Shown one piece after another: positions 10,943 through 21,420 of a stretch of 64,000 bases of DNA. The notes under the pieces were generated by a model, which was given only the letters and a program-made list of their open reading frames with translations, made no database searches and had not been told where the DNA came from. The stretch is from assembly GCF_055900595.2 (NCBI RefSeq), contig NZ_CM148325.1; one strand, 5' to 3'. The translations under genes and the position numbers were made by a program. The first letter of the stretch is position 1; each line of letters starts with the position of its first letter.

Positions 10943-12625
10943 ATGAAGTCTGCATTGAAGAAAAGTGTCGTAAGTACCTCGATATCTTTGATACTGGCAT
11001 CTGGTATGGCTGCATTTACCGCTCATGCGGCAGATGATGTAAAGCTGAAAGCAACTAAAACAAACGTTGCTTTCTCAGACTTTACGCCGACTGAATACAG
11101 CACTAAAGGAAAGCCAAATATCATCGTACTGACCATGGATGATCTGGGTTATGGACAACTTCCTTTTGATAAGGGTTCTTTTGACCCAAAAACAATGGAA
11201 AATCGTGAAGTTGTCGATACCTACAAAATAGGGATAGATAAAGCCATTGAAGCTGCATCAAAATCGACGCCAACACTGCTTTCGTTAATGGATGAAGGTG
11301 TACGTTTTACTAACGGCTATGTGGCGCACGGGGTTTCCGGTCCCTCCCGCGCCGCAATAATGACCGGTCGAGCGCCCGCTCGTTTTGGTGTGTACTCCAA
11401 TACTGATGCTCAGGATGGTATTCCGCTGACAGAAACTTTCTTGCCTGAATTATTCCAGAATCATGGTTATTACACTGCAGCAGTAGGTAAATGGCACTTG
11501 TCAAAAATCAGTAATGTGCCAGTACCGGAAGATAAACAAACGCGTGACTATCATGACAACTTCACCACATTTTCTGCGGAAGAATGGCAACCTCAAAACC
11601 GTGGCTTTGATTACTTTATGGGATTCCACGCTGCAGGAACGGCATATTACAACTCCCCTTCACTGTTCAAAAACCGTGAACGCGTCCCCGCAAAAGGTTA
11701 TATCAGCGATCAGTTAACCGATGAGGCAATTGGTGTTGTTGATCGTGCTAAAACACTTGACCAGCCTTTTATGCTTTACCTTGCTTATAATGCTCCGCAT
11801 CTGCCAAATGATAATCCTGCACCGGAGCAATATCAGAAGCAATTTAATACCGGTAGTCAAACAGCAGATAACTACTACGCTTCCGTTTATTCTGTTGATC
11901 AGGGTGTAAAACGCATTCTCGAACAACTAAAGAAAAACGGACAGTATGACAATACAATTATTCTATTTACCTCCGATAATGGTGCAGTTATCGATGGTCC
12001 TCTGCCGCTGAACGGAGCGCAAAAAGGCTATAAGAGCCAGACTTATCCTGGCGGTACCCATACACCAATGTTTATGTGGTGGAAAGGAAAACTTCAGCCC
12101 GGTAATTATGACAAGCTGATTTCCGCAATGGATTTCTACCCGACAGCTCTTGATGCAGCCGATATCAGCATTCCAAAAGAGTTAAAATTGGATGGTGTTT
12201 CATTGCTGCCCTGGTTGCAAGATAAGAAACAAGGTGAGCCACATAAAAATCTGACATGGATAACATCTTATTCTCACTGGTTTGATGAGGAAAATATTCC
12301 CTTCTGGGATAATTACCACAAATTTGTCCGCCATCAGTCAGACGATTACCCGCATAACCCCAACACCGAAGATTTAAGCCAATTCTCTTATACGGTGAGA
12401 AATAACGATTATTCGCTAGTCTATACAGTAGAAAACAATCAGTTAGGTCTATACAAACTGACAGATCTACAGCAAAAAGATAACCTTGCCGCTGCCAATC
12501 CGCAGGTCGTTAAAGAGATGCAAGGTGTGGTAAGAGAGTTTATCGACAACAGCCAGCCACCGCTTAGCGAGGTAAATCAGGCGAAGTTTAACAATATCAA
12601 GAAAGCACTAAGCGAAGCGAAATAA
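10943..12625 (+). CDS. ydeN: Secreted sulfatase (arylsulfatase family)
   Basis: ORF 10775-12625; start chosen at ATG 10943 (MKSALKKSVV… signal peptide). Sulfatase-type active-site region CSPSRAAIMTGR (Cys-type motif) present. Confidence 0.9.
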   Translation: MKSALKKSVVSTSISLILASGMAAFTAHAADDVKLKATKTNVAFSDFTPTEYSTKGKPNIIVLTMDDLGYGQLPFDKGSFDPKTMENREVVDTYKIGIDKAIEAASKSTPTLLSLMDEGVRFTNGYVAHGVSGPSRAAIMTGRAPARFGVYSNTDAQDGIPLTETFLPELFQNHGYYTAAVGKWHLSKISNVPVPEDKQTRDYHDNFTTFSAEEWQPQNRGFDYFMGFHAAGTAYYNSPSLFKNRERVPAKGYISDQLTDEAIGVVDRAKTLDQPFMLYLAYNAPHLPNDNPAPEQYQKQFNTGSQTADNYYASVYSVDQGVKRILEQLKKNGQYDNTIILFTSDNGAVIDGPLPLNGAQKGYKSQTYPGGTHTPMFMWWKGKLQPGNYDKLISAMDFYPTALDAADISIPKELKLDGVSLLPWLQDKKQGEPHKNLTWITSYSHWFDEENIPFWDNYHKFVRHQSDDYPHNPNTEDLSQFSYTVRNNDYSLVYTVENNQLGLYKLTDLQQKDNLAAANPQVVKEMQGVVREFIDNSQPPLSEVNQAKFNNIKKALSEAK

Positions 12626-12637
12626 CTAAACCTTCAT

Positions 12638-12662
12638 GCGGCGGATTTTTCCGCCGCCTTAT
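12638..12662 (+). terminator. Rho-independent terminator after ydeN
   Basis: GCGGCGG-attttt-CCGCCGC followed by CTTATT. Confidence 0.55.
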
Positions 12663-12676
12663 TGAGCGAGATAGCG

Positions 12677-13837
12677 ATGCACGTTACAGCCAAGCCCTCC
12701 AGTTTTCAATGTAATCTCAAATGTGATTACTGTTTTTACCTTGAAAAAGAGTCGCAGTTTACTCATGAAAAATGGATGGATGACAGCACTCTGAAAGAGT
12801 TCATCAAACAATATATCGCAGCGTCTGGCAATCAGGTCTATTTTACCTGGCAAGGCGGTGAACCCACTCTGGCTGGCCTGGATTTTTTCCGTAAAGTTAT
12901 TCACTATCAACAACGCTATGCAGGCCAAAAACGTATTTTTAATGCATTACAAACGAATGGCATTTTATTGAATAATGAATGGTGTGCCTTTCTCAAAGAA
13001 CATGAGTTTCTGGTTGGTATCTCGATCGATGGACCCCAGGAGCTACATGACTATTACAGACGCAGTAATTCAGGTAACGGTACTTTTGCAAAAGTGATAG
13101 CAGCCATCGAGCGTCTGAAATCATATCAAGTAGAGTTTAATACGTTAACCGTCATTAATAACGTTAATGTCCATTACCCTCTTGAGGTTTATCATTTTTT
13201 AAAATCTATCGGCAGTAAACATATGCAATTTATCGAATTGCTCGAAACCGGGACGCCGAATATTGATTTCAGTGGTCATAGTGAGAACACATTCCGTATC
13301 ATTGATTTTTCTGTGCCTCCTACGGCTTATGGCAAGTTTATGTCAACCATTTTTATGCAATGGGTTAAAAACGATGTGGGTGAAATTTTCATCCGTCAGT
13401 TTGAAAGCTTTGTCAGCCGTTTTTTGGGGAATGGGCATACCAGCTGTATTTTCCAGGAGTCCTGCAAGGATAATCTGGTTGTTGAAAGTAATGGAGACAT
13501 TTACGAATGCGACCATTTTGTCTATCCACAGTACAAAATTGGAAACATTAATAAATCTGAACTCAAAACGATGAATAGTGTTCAACTGACAGCGCAAAAA
13601 AAACGGATTTCAGCGAAATGTCAGCAATGTGCATATAAACCTATCTGCAATGGTGGTTGCCCTAAACATCGTATTACTAAAGTAAACAATGAAACTGTTT
13701 CCTATTTTTGCGAAGGTTATAAAATCCTTTTTTCAACCATGGTGCCTTATATGAACGCCATGGTGGAGTTAGCTAAGAACAGAGTTCCACTTTACCACAT
13801 TATGGATGTTGCAAAACAAATGGAGAATAATAAATAA
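12677..13837 (+). CDS. ydeM: Radical-SAM anaerobic sulfatase-maturating enzyme
   Basis: ORF 12662-13837; start at ATG 12677 ([19 protein letters not shown]…). CxxxCxxC radical-SAM motif near the N-terminus plus C-terminal Cys clusters; adjacent to the sulfatase. Confidence 0.9.
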   Translation: MHVTAKPSSFQCNLKCDYCFYLEKESQFTHEKWMDDSTLKEFIKQYIAASGNQVYFTWQGGEPTLAGLDFFRKVIHYQQRYAGQKRIFNALQTNGILLNNEWCAFLKEHEFLVGISIDGPQELHDYYRRSNSGNGTFAKVIAAIERLKSYQVEFNTLTVINNVNVHYPLEVYHFLKSIGSKHMQFIELLETGTPNIDFSGHSENTFRIIDFSVPPTAYGKFMSTIFMQWVKNDVGEIFIRQFESFVSRFLGNGHTSCIFQESCKDNLVVESNGDIYECDHFVYPQYKIGNINKSELKTMNSVQLTAQKKRISAKCQQCAYKPICNGGCPKHRITKVNNETVSYFCEGYKILFSTMVPYMNAMVELAKNRVPLYHIMDVAKQMENNK

Positions 13838-13887
13838 CGCACTCTATTAGCTTCAGTCTTAGCCTCCTTCTTATGAACTTAACAAGG

Positions 13888-13917
13888 CACCCGACATAAC
13901 TTCCTGTCGGGTGTTTC
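13888..13917 (+). terminator. Rho-independent terminator after ydeM
   Basis: CACCCGACA-taacttcc-TGTCGGGTG followed by TTTCGTC. Confidence 0.6.
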
Positions 13918-14087
13918 GTCATCATCATCTTCCCGTGCGAAAATCCTGGCTTACGAGGTATGCGTCAGGGCATTAGCAATACTCTTGATTATCAATAGCG
14001 TAACCATAACCACTGAAAATGAAATATTTCTTTATATTTCATATTGTTAAATGATACTTAAATAAATTTCATCAGTATATCATTGCC

Positions 14088-14139
14088 ATAGATAATCATT
14101 GGATGGCACAATCAATTTTCGCTAATGATAACCATTCCC
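14088..14139 (+). promoter_or_regulatory. Fur-box-like hexamer array at the yddA start
   Basis: GATAATCATTGG…GCTAATGATAACCATTCCC; the 19-mer at 14121-14139 matches the Fur consensus GATAATGATAATCATTATC at 15 of 19 positions by my count and overlaps the predicted ATG. Confidence 0.4.
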
Positions 14140-15810
14140 ATTACGTTTTGTATGTTGATAGCAAAGTATCTCTGTCTGCTGAAGCCCTTTTGGCTGCGTA
14201 AGAATAATAAAACTTCAGTGTTGTTAATCATTATTATCCTCGCCATGATCCTTGGCGTGGTTAAAATTCAGGTCTGGTTAAACGACTGGAATAATGATTT
14301 TTTCAATGCGCTAAGCCAGAAAGAAACTGATAAGCTTTGGCAGCTTGTCCTTTGGTTCCCTGCCCTGCTGGGGATCTTTGTATTAATATCCGTAAACAAA
14401 ACATGGTTAATTAAACTACTGACTATTCGCTGGCGCGAATGGTTAACAGATTACTACCTTAATCGCTGGTTTGCAGATAAAAACTACTATTTCACGCAGA
14501 TCTACGGCGAGCATAAAAATACAGATAACCCTGACCAACGTATCGCTGAAGACATTCTCTTACTGATCAGCAAAACGCTCAGCCTTTCATTTGGCTTCAT
14601 CCAGTCACTTAGCATGCTGATCACCTTTACCGTTATTCTTTGGCAAAGCGCGGGTACGCTCTCATTCACTGTTGGTGGAACTGAATGGAGTATCCCGGGG
14701 TATATGGTCTATACCGTCGTGCTCATTGTGATCGGTGGAACTTTATTTACCCATAAGGTTGGTAAACGTATTCGTCCGCTTAATGTGGAAAAACAACGTA
14801 GCGAAGCGACATTTCGAACTAATCTTGTACAGCATAATAAGCAGGCAGAACTGATTGCGCTAAGCAATGCTGAGTCTCTACAACGCCAGGAGTTGAGCGA
14901 AAATTTTCATACCATTAAAGAGAACTGGCATCGTTTAATGAATCGTCAGCGGTGGCTTGATTACTGGCAGAATATTTATTCGCGCTCGCTTAGCGTTCTT
15001 CCCTACTTTCTGTTATTGCCGCAGTTTATTAGCGGACAGATCAATCTGGGCGGACTGATGAAATCACGCCAGGCATTTATGCTGGTATCGAACAATTTAA
15101 GCTGGTTTATTTATAAATATGATGAACTTGCTGAACTGGCTGCGGTTATCGATCGCTTGTATGAGTTCCATCAACTCACCGAACAGCGCCCTACGAATAA
15201 GCCTAAAAATTGCCAACATGCGGTACAAGTGGCTGACGCGAGTATTCGTACTCCTGATAATAAGATCATATTAGAGAACCTGAACTTTCATGTTTCGCCA
15301 GGCAAATGGCTATTACTGAAAGGTTACTCTGGTGCGGGAAAAACCACACTGCTTAAAACATTATCCCACTGCTGGCCGTGGTTTAAAGGTGATATTTCGT
15401 CTCCTGCTGACAGTTGGTATGTGTCACAAACACCGTTAATCAAAAGCGGCTTACTGAAAGAGATTATTTGTAAAGCACTTCCTCTGCCCGTAGACGATAA
15501 ATCGTTGAGCGAAGTACTGCATCAGGTTGGTCTGGGGAAATTGGCTGCGCGTATTCATGACCACGATCGCTGGGGAGATATTCTTTCCAGCGGCGAAAAA
15601 CAACGTATCGCCCTGGCACGATTAATTTTACGACGTCCGAAATGGATATTTCTTGACGAAACTACCTCTCATCTTGAGGAACAAGAGGCTATCCGCTTAC
15701 TGCGTTTAGTGCGTGAAAAACTACCCACAAGCGGCGTCATTATGGTTACACATCAACCCGGTGTCTGGAACCTGGCCGATGATATTTGTGACATTAGCGC
15801 GGTTTTATAA
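14125..15810 (+). CDS. yddA: ABC transporter, fused permease and ATPase
   Basis: 561 aa ORF; N-terminal transmembrane region and C-terminal ABC domain with Walker A GYSGAGKTT and signature SSGEKQR. Confidence 0.9.
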   Translation: MITIPITFCMLIAKYLCLLKPFWLRKNNKTSVLLIIIILAMILGVVKIQVWLNDWNNDFFNALSQKETDKLWQLVLWFPALLGIFVLISVNKTWLIKLLTIRWREWLTDYYLNRWFADKNYYFTQIYGEHKNTDNPDQRIAEDILLLISKTLSLSFGFIQSLSMLITFTVILWQSAGTLSFTVGGTEWSIPGYMVYTVVLIVIGGTLFTHKVGKRIRPLNVEKQRSEATFRTNLVQHNKQAELIALSNAESLQRQELSENFHTIKENWHRLMNRQRWLDYWQNIYSRSLSVLPYFLLLPQFISGQINLGGLMKSRQAFMLVSNNLSWFIYKYDELAELAAVIDRLYEFHQLTEQRPTNKPKNCQHAVQVADASIRTPDNKIILENLNFHVSPGKWLLLKGYSGAGKTTLLKTLSHCWPWFKGDISSPADSWYVSQTPLIKSGLLKEIICKALPLPVDDKSLSEVLHQVGLGKLAARIHDHDRWGDILSSGEKQRIALARLILRRPKWIFLDETTSHLEEQEAIRLLRLVREKLPTSGVIMVTHQPGVWNLADDICDISAVL

Positions 15811-15847
15811 AAACAATAAAAGCCCTGCTGTACGGAGATAAAAATAA

Positions 15848-18220
15848 ATGAAGCGAGTTCTTATTCCTGGCGTCATTTTATGTGGCGCTGATGTGGCGCA
15901 GGCCGTCGATGACAAAAACATGTACATGCATGTTTTTGAAGAGATGACGGTCTATGCTCCTGTCCCTGTACCCGTAAACGGCAACACGCATTACACCAGT
16001 GAAAGCATCGAGCGTTTACCGACCGGGAATGGCAATATCAGCGATCTGCTGAGAACCAACCCTGCGGTGCGCATGGATTCAACGCAAAGTACCTCGTTGA
16101 ACCAGGGAGATATTCGCCCGGAGAAAATCTCTATTCACGGTGCGTCGCCCTACCAGAATGCCTATTTGATTGACGGTATTAGTGCAACTAATAACCTGAA
16201 CCCAGCGAATGAGTCCGATGCCAGTAGTGCAACCAATATTAGCGGGATGTCACAGGGCTATTATCTTGATGTCAGCTTACTCGACAATGTGACGCTTTAT
16301 GACAGTTTTGTGCCGGTTGAATTCGGTCGCTTCAATGGCGGGGTAATTGATGCAAAGATCAAACGCTTCAATGCTGATGATAGCAGCGTGAAACTGGGTT
16401 ATCGCACTACGCGTTCAAACTGGTTAACATCGCATATCGATGAGAATAACAAGAGCGCATTTAACCAAGGTTCTTCAGGAAGTACTTATTACTCTCCAGA
16501 TTTTAAAAAGAACTTTTATACTTTGGCGTTTAATCAGGAACTCGCTGATAACTTCGGCGTTACCGCCGGTTTATCGCGCCGCCAGTCTGATATCATCCGC
16601 GCGGATTATGTTTCGAATGACGGCATTGTCGCCGGCAGGGCACAGTATAAAAACGTTATCGATACTGCATTGAGCAAATTTACCTGGTTTGCCAGCGACC
16701 GCTTTACCCACGATTTAACCTTAAAATATACCGGCTCCAGCCGTGATTATAATACCAGCACCTTCCCGGAGTCTGATCGCGAAATGGGTAATAAATCCTA
16801 TGGTCTGGCATGGGATATGGATACCCAGCTCGCATGGGCCAAACTGCGTACCACCGTTGGTTGGGATCATATTAGTGATTATACCCGTCACGATCATGAC
16901 ATCTGGTACACCGAACTTTCATGTACATATGGCGATATTTCAGGGCGTTGCACCCGTGGCGGATTAGGACACATTTCCCAGGCTGTAGATAATTACACCT
17001 TCAAAACACGCCTTGACTGGCAAAAATTCGCCGTGGGTAATGTTTCGCATCAACCCTACTTCGGCGCGGAATACATCTATTCCGATGCATGGACTGAACG
17101 CCATAACCAGTCTGAATCCTATGTGATTAATGCTGCCGGAAAGAAAACTAACCATACCATTTACCATAAAGGTAAAGGCAGCCTGGGAATAGACAATTAC
17201 ACGCTGTATATGGCGGATCGCATTAGCTGGCGTAATGTGTCGTTAATGCCCGGCGTGCGGTATGACTATGATAACTATCTGTCAAACCACAATATCTCCC
17301 CGCGCTTTATGACGGAATGGGATATTTTTGCTGATCAAACCTCAATGATTACCGCAGGTTATAACCGTTACTATGGCGGGAATATTCTTGATATGGGATT
17401 ACGTGATATCCGCAATAGCTGGACGGAATCGGTATCAGGCAATAAAACCCTGACGCGTTATCAGGATTTGAAAACGCCTTATAACGATGAACTGGCAATG
17501 GGATTGCAGCAAAAAATCGGTAAGAACGTTATTGCGCGCGCAAACTATGTTTACCGTGAAGCGCATGATCAAATCAGCAAAAGCAGTCGTACCGACAGCG
17601 CGACTAAAACCACCATTACTGAATATAACAACGACGGTAAAACCAAAACGCATTCGTTCAACCTCAGTTTTGAACTGGCCGAACCCCTGCATATCAGCCA
17701 GGTAGATATTAACCCACAAATTGTCTTTAGCTATATCAAGAGCAAGGGCAACTTGTCGTTAAACAATGGTTATGAGGAGAGCAATACCGGTGATAACCGG
17801 GTGGTTTATAACGGTAATCTGGTCTCTTACGATAGCGTTCCAGTGGCGGATTTTAATAATCCACTAAAGATCTCCTTAAACATGGATTTCACGCATCAAC
17901 CGAGCGGGTTGGTGTGGGCGAATACGCTGACCTGGCAAGAAGCGCGTAAAGCTCGCATTATCCTGGGTAAGACGAATGCGCAATACATCAGCGAATATTC
18001 AGATTACAAGCAGTATGTTGACGAAAAACTGGATAGCAGCCTGACCTGGGACACCCGCTTGTCCTGGACGCCACAATTTCTGAAACAACAAAACCTGACG
18101 ATCAGTGCCGATATTCTCAATGTACTGGATAGCAAAACCGCTGTTGATACAACGAATACCGGCGTGGCGACCTACGCCAGTGGCCGTACTTTCTGGCTTG
18201 ATGTCAGCATGAAATTTTAA
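15848..18220 (+). CDS. yddB: TonB-dependent outer-membrane receptor
   Basis: 790 aa ORF with signal peptide and a C-terminal aromatic residue (…WLDVSMKF) typical of TonB-dependent receptors. Confidence 0.9.
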   Translation: MKRVLIPGVILCGADVAQAVDDKNMYMHVFEEMTVYAPVPVPVNGNTHYTSESIERLPTGNGNISDLLRTNPAVRMDSTQSTSLNQGDIRPEKISIHGASPYQNAYLIDGISATNNLNPANESDASSATNISGMSQGYYLDVSLLDNVTLYDSFVPVEFGRFNGGVIDAKIKRFNADDSSVKLGYRTTRSNWLTSHIDENNKSAFNQGSSGSTYYSPDFKKNFYTLAFNQELADNFGVTAGLSRRQSDIIRADYVSNDGIVAGRAQYKNVIDTALSKFTWFASDRFTHDLTLKYTGSSRDYNTSTFPESDREMGNKSYGLAWDMDTQLAWAKLRTTVGWDHISDYTRHDHDIWYTELSCTYGDISGRCTRGGLGHISQAVDNYTFKTRLDWQKFAVGNVSHQPYFGAEYIYSDAWTERHNQSESYVINAAGKKTNHTIYHKGKGSLGIDNYTLYMADRISWRNVSLMPGVRYDYDNYLSNHNISPRFMTEWDIFADQTSMITAGYNRYYGGNILDMGLRDIRNSWTESVSGNKTLTRYQDLKTPYNDELAMGLQQKIGKNVIARANYVYREAHDQISKSSRTDSATKTTITEYNNDGKTKTHSFNLSFELAEPLHISQVDINPQIVFSYIKSKGNLSLNNGYEESNTGDNRVVYNGNLVSYDSVPVADFNNPLKISLNMDFTHQPSGLVWANTLTWQEARKARIILGKTNAQYISEYSDYKQYVDEKLDSSLTWDTRLSWTPQFLKQQNLTISADILNVLDSKTAVDTTNTGVATYASGRTFWLDVSMKF

Positions 18221-18264
18221 TAGTTCGGATTTTACTTAACCGGGTAAATTCGCCCGGTTTTCGC

Positions 18265-21060
18265 ATGGAGATAATTATGAGAAACCTCTGTTTCTTACTG
18301 ACGTTAGTGGCAACTCTGTTGCTCCCCGGGCGACTGATTGCCGCCGCCTTACCGCAGGATGAAAAGTTAATTACCGGGCAACTGGACAATGGCTTGCGAT
18401 ATCTGATTTATCCGCATGCTCAACCAAAGGATCAGGTAAATTTATGGCTGCAAATTCATACCGGTTCATTGCAGGAAGAAGACAATGAGCGCGGCGTGGC
18501 TCATTTTGTAGAACATATGATGTTTAACGGCACAAAAACATGGCCGGGTAATAAAGTCATCGAAACATTTGAGTCAATGGGCCTGCGTTTTGGTCGCGAT
18601 GTTAATGCCTATACCAGCTATGACGAAACAGTGTATCAGGTGAGTTTGCCGACTACGCAGAAACAAAATCTGCAACAAGTGATGGCAATCTTCAGTGAAT
18701 GGAGTAATGCCGCAACCTTTGAAAAACTCGAAGTAGACGCTGAACGCGGCGTAATTACTGAGGAATGGCGTGCCCATCAGGATGCGAAATGGCGCACCTC
18801 TCAGGCGCGCCGCCCTTTCCTGCTGGCAAATACCCGTAATTTAGACCGTGAACCTATCGGCCTGATGGATACCGTCGCCACGGTCACACCGGCACAATTG
18901 CGCCAATTTTATCAACGCTGGTATCAACCAAATAATATGACCTTTATTGTGGTCGGCGATATCGACAGTAAAGAAGCGCTGGCGCTGATAAAGGATAATT
19001 TAAGTAAGCTTCCGGCTAACAAAGCAGCTGAAAATCGCGTCTGGCCGACAAAAGCCGAAAACCACCTGCGCTTTAATATCATCAATGATAAAGAAAACCG
19101 GGTGAACGGCATCGCACTCTATTATCGCCTGCCAATGGTACAAGTGAACGATGAGCAAAGCTTTATCGAACAAGCTGAATGGAGCATGTTGGTTCAGCTG
19201 TTCAACCAACGTCTGCAGGAACGTATACAGTCGGGCGAGTTGAAGACTATTTCTGGTGGCACTGCGCGCAGCGTTAAAATTGCACCCGATTATCAGTCGC
19301 TGTTTTTCCGTGTAAATGCACGTGACAATAATATGCAGGATGCTGCGAATGCATTAATGGCAGAGTTGGCAACCCTCGATCAACATGGTTTTTCTGCTGA
19401 AGAACTCGACGATGTTAAAACTACCCGCCTAACCTGGCTGAAAAATGCGGTTGATCAGCAAGCTGAACGCGATTTACGTATGCTGACCAGTCGCCTGGCG
19501 TCCAGCTCGTTAAATAATACGCCGTTCTTGTCGCCGGAAGAGACATACCAACTTTCGAAACGTCTGTGGCCGCAAATTACCGTGCAAAGTCTGGCGGAAA
19601 AATGGCAGCAGCTAAGAAAGAACCAGGACGCATTTTGGGAGCAAATGGTAAACAATGAAGTTGCCGCCAAAAAAGCATTGTCTCCTGCGGCTATCCTGGC
19701 GCTGGAAAAAGAGTACGCCAACAAAAAGCTGGCGGCTTACATCTTCCCAGGCAGAAATTTATCGTTAACAGTAGACGCTGACCCACAGGCGGAAATTAGC
19801 AGTAAAGAAACACTGGCTGAGAATCTGACATCATTAACACTTTCTAATGGTGCCAGGGTTATTCTGGCAAAATCAGCGGGTGAAGAGCAAAAGCTACAAA
19901 TTATTGCCGTATCTAATAAAGGTGATTTAAGTTTCCCTGCGGAGCAAAAATCACTTATCGCGCTGGCAAATAAAGCGGTGAGTGGCAGCGGCGTTGGTGA
20001 TCTCTCCTCTTCCAGCCTGAAACGCTGGAGTGCGGAAAACTCGGTAACCATGAGCAGCAAAGTCAGTGGGCTGAATACGTTGCTCTCCGTGAGCGCGCGG
20101 GCTAATAATCCTGAACCTGGTTTCCAGTTGATTAACCAGCGAATCACTCACAGCACGATTAATGACAATATTTGGGCATCGCTACAAAATGCTCAAATTC
20201 AGGCGTTGAAAACGCTCGACCAGCGTCCAGCAGAGAAATTCGCCCAGCAGATGTATGAGAAGCGCTATGCTGATGACCGTACGAAATTACTGCAAGAAAA
20301 ACAGATTGCACAATTTACCGCCGCAGACGCGCTGGCTGCCGATCGCCAGTTATTTTCATCTCCAGCGGATATCACGTTTGTCGTTGTCAGTAATGTCGCA
20401 GAAGACAAACTTCTGCCGTTAATTACGCATTACTTAGGATCAATCAAACACTCTGATTCGCCATTAGCCGCAGGTAAACCATTAACTCGCGCGACGGACA
20501 ACGCATCGATTACTGTAAAAGAACAAAATGAACCTGTGGCACAGGTTTCACAGTGGAAGCGTTATGATTCCCGGACACCGGTTAACCTGGCGACGCGTAT
20601 GGCGCTCGATGCTTTTAACGTCGCACTGGCAAAAGATCTACGCATTAATATTCGTGAACAGGCATCTGGGGCATACAGCGTTTCTTCTCGCCTCTCGGTT
20701 GATCCTCAGGCCAAAGACATCAGTCATTTGCTGGCTTTTACTTGTCAACCGGAACGACATGATGAACTGTTAACGTTAGCGAATGAAGTGATGGTTAAGC
20801 GTCTGGCTAAAGGGATCAGTGAGCAAGAACTGAACGAATACCAGCAAAACGTTCAGCGCAGCCTCGATATCCAACAGCGTAGCGTTCAACAATTAGCGAA
20901 CACCATTGTAAATAGTCTTATTCAATATGACGATCCTGCAGCATGGACTGAGCAGGAGCAATTATTGAAACAAATGACGGTAGAGAATGTTAACACTGCC
21001 GTTAAACAATATCTTTCTCATCCGGTGAATACCTATACCGGAGTATTATTGCCAAAATAA
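18265..21060 (+). CDS. pqqL: Periplasmic M16-family zinc protease
   Basis: 931 aa ORF with signal peptide and HxxEH inverted zinc-binding motif (HFVEHMMFNGT). Confidence 0.9.
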   Translation: MEIIMRNLCFLLTLVATLLLPGRLIAAALPQDEKLITGQLDNGLRYLIYPHAQPKDQVNLWLQIHTGSLQEEDNERGVAHFVEHMMFNGTKTWPGNKVIETFESMGLRFGRDVNAYTSYDETVYQVSLPTTQKQNLQQVMAIFSEWSNAATFEKLEVDAERGVITEEWRAHQDAKWRTSQARRPFLLANTRNLDREPIGLMDTVATVTPAQLRQFYQRWYQPNNMTFIVVGDIDSKEALALIKDNLSKLPANKAAENRVWPTKAENHLRFNIINDKENRVNGIALYYRLPMVQVNDEQSFIEQAEWSMLVQLFNQRLQERIQSGELKTISGGTARSVKIAPDYQSLFFRVNARDNNMQDAANALMAELATLDQHGFSAEELDDVKTTRLTWLKNAVDQQAERDLRMLTSRLASSSLNNTPFLSPEETYQLSKRLWPQITVQSLAEKWQQLRKNQDAFWEQMVNNEVAAKKALSPAAILALEKEYANKKLAAYIFPGRNLSLTVDADPQAEISSKETLAENLTSLTLSNGARVILAKSAGEEQKLQIIAVSNKGDLSFPAEQKSLIALANKAVSGSGVGDLSSSSLKRWSAENSVTMSSKVSGLNTLLSVSARANNPEPGFQLINQRITHSTINDNIWASLQNAQIQALKTLDQRPAEKFAQQMYEKRYADDRTKLLQEKQIAQFTAADALAADRQLFSSPADITFVVVSNVAEDKLLPLITHYLGSIKHSDSPLAAGKPLTRATDNASITVKEQNEPVAQVSQWKRYDSRTPVNLATRMALDAFNVALAKDLRINIREQASGAYSVSSRLSVDPQAKDISHLLAFTCQPERHDELLTLANEVMVKRLAKGISEQELNEYQQNVQRSLDIQQRSVQQLANTIVNSLIQYDDPAAWTEQEQLLKQMTVENVNTAVKQYLSHPVNTYTGVLLPK

Positions 21061-21063
21061 TAA

Positions 21064-21100
21064 CAGCCCCGTCAACACCTCGTTGGCGGGGATTTTAGCA
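21064..21100 (+). terminator. Terminator after pqqL
   Basis: CCCCGTCAA-cacctcg-TTGGCGGGG hairpin (one G-U pair) followed by ATTTTAGC. Confidence 0.5.
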
Positions 21101-21321
21101 ATATTCGCCATTTTTATGTAATAATTTTATAAATGCGTTCAAAATAATAGCCGAGTGCTAATAATGATATTTTAATGCCTGATTTTTACGCGATAATTCA
21201 GGAGACATAGAAAGCGCATAAAAATAACAACATAAAACACCTTGCCACCACCCAAGAATTCAATAATATATTGTTTTTAATGAAAAAACATTATTCTCGT
21301 AATATTTCATGATAAATAACA

Positions 21322-21341
21322 TTAGGATTTTGTTATTTAAA
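21322..21341 (+). promoter_or_regulatory. GAD box (GadE-type binding site) of the gadB promoter
   Basis: TTAGGATTTTGTTATTTAAA matches the 20-bp GAD box I recall upstream of gadA and gadB; about 80 bp before the gadB ATG. Confidence 0.7.
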
Positions 21342-21420
21342 CCCGAGTCCTTTGCACTTGCTTACTTTATCGATAAATCCTACTTTTTTAATGCGATCCA
21401 ATCATTTTAAGGAGTTTAAA

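Noticed and set aside
14009-14032. Palindrome ATGAAATAT-ttcttt-ATATTTCAT upstream of yddA as an operator
   Set aside because: Perfect 9-bp arms but in a very AT-rich region where such palindromes arise by chance; no matching known operator consensus I can name.
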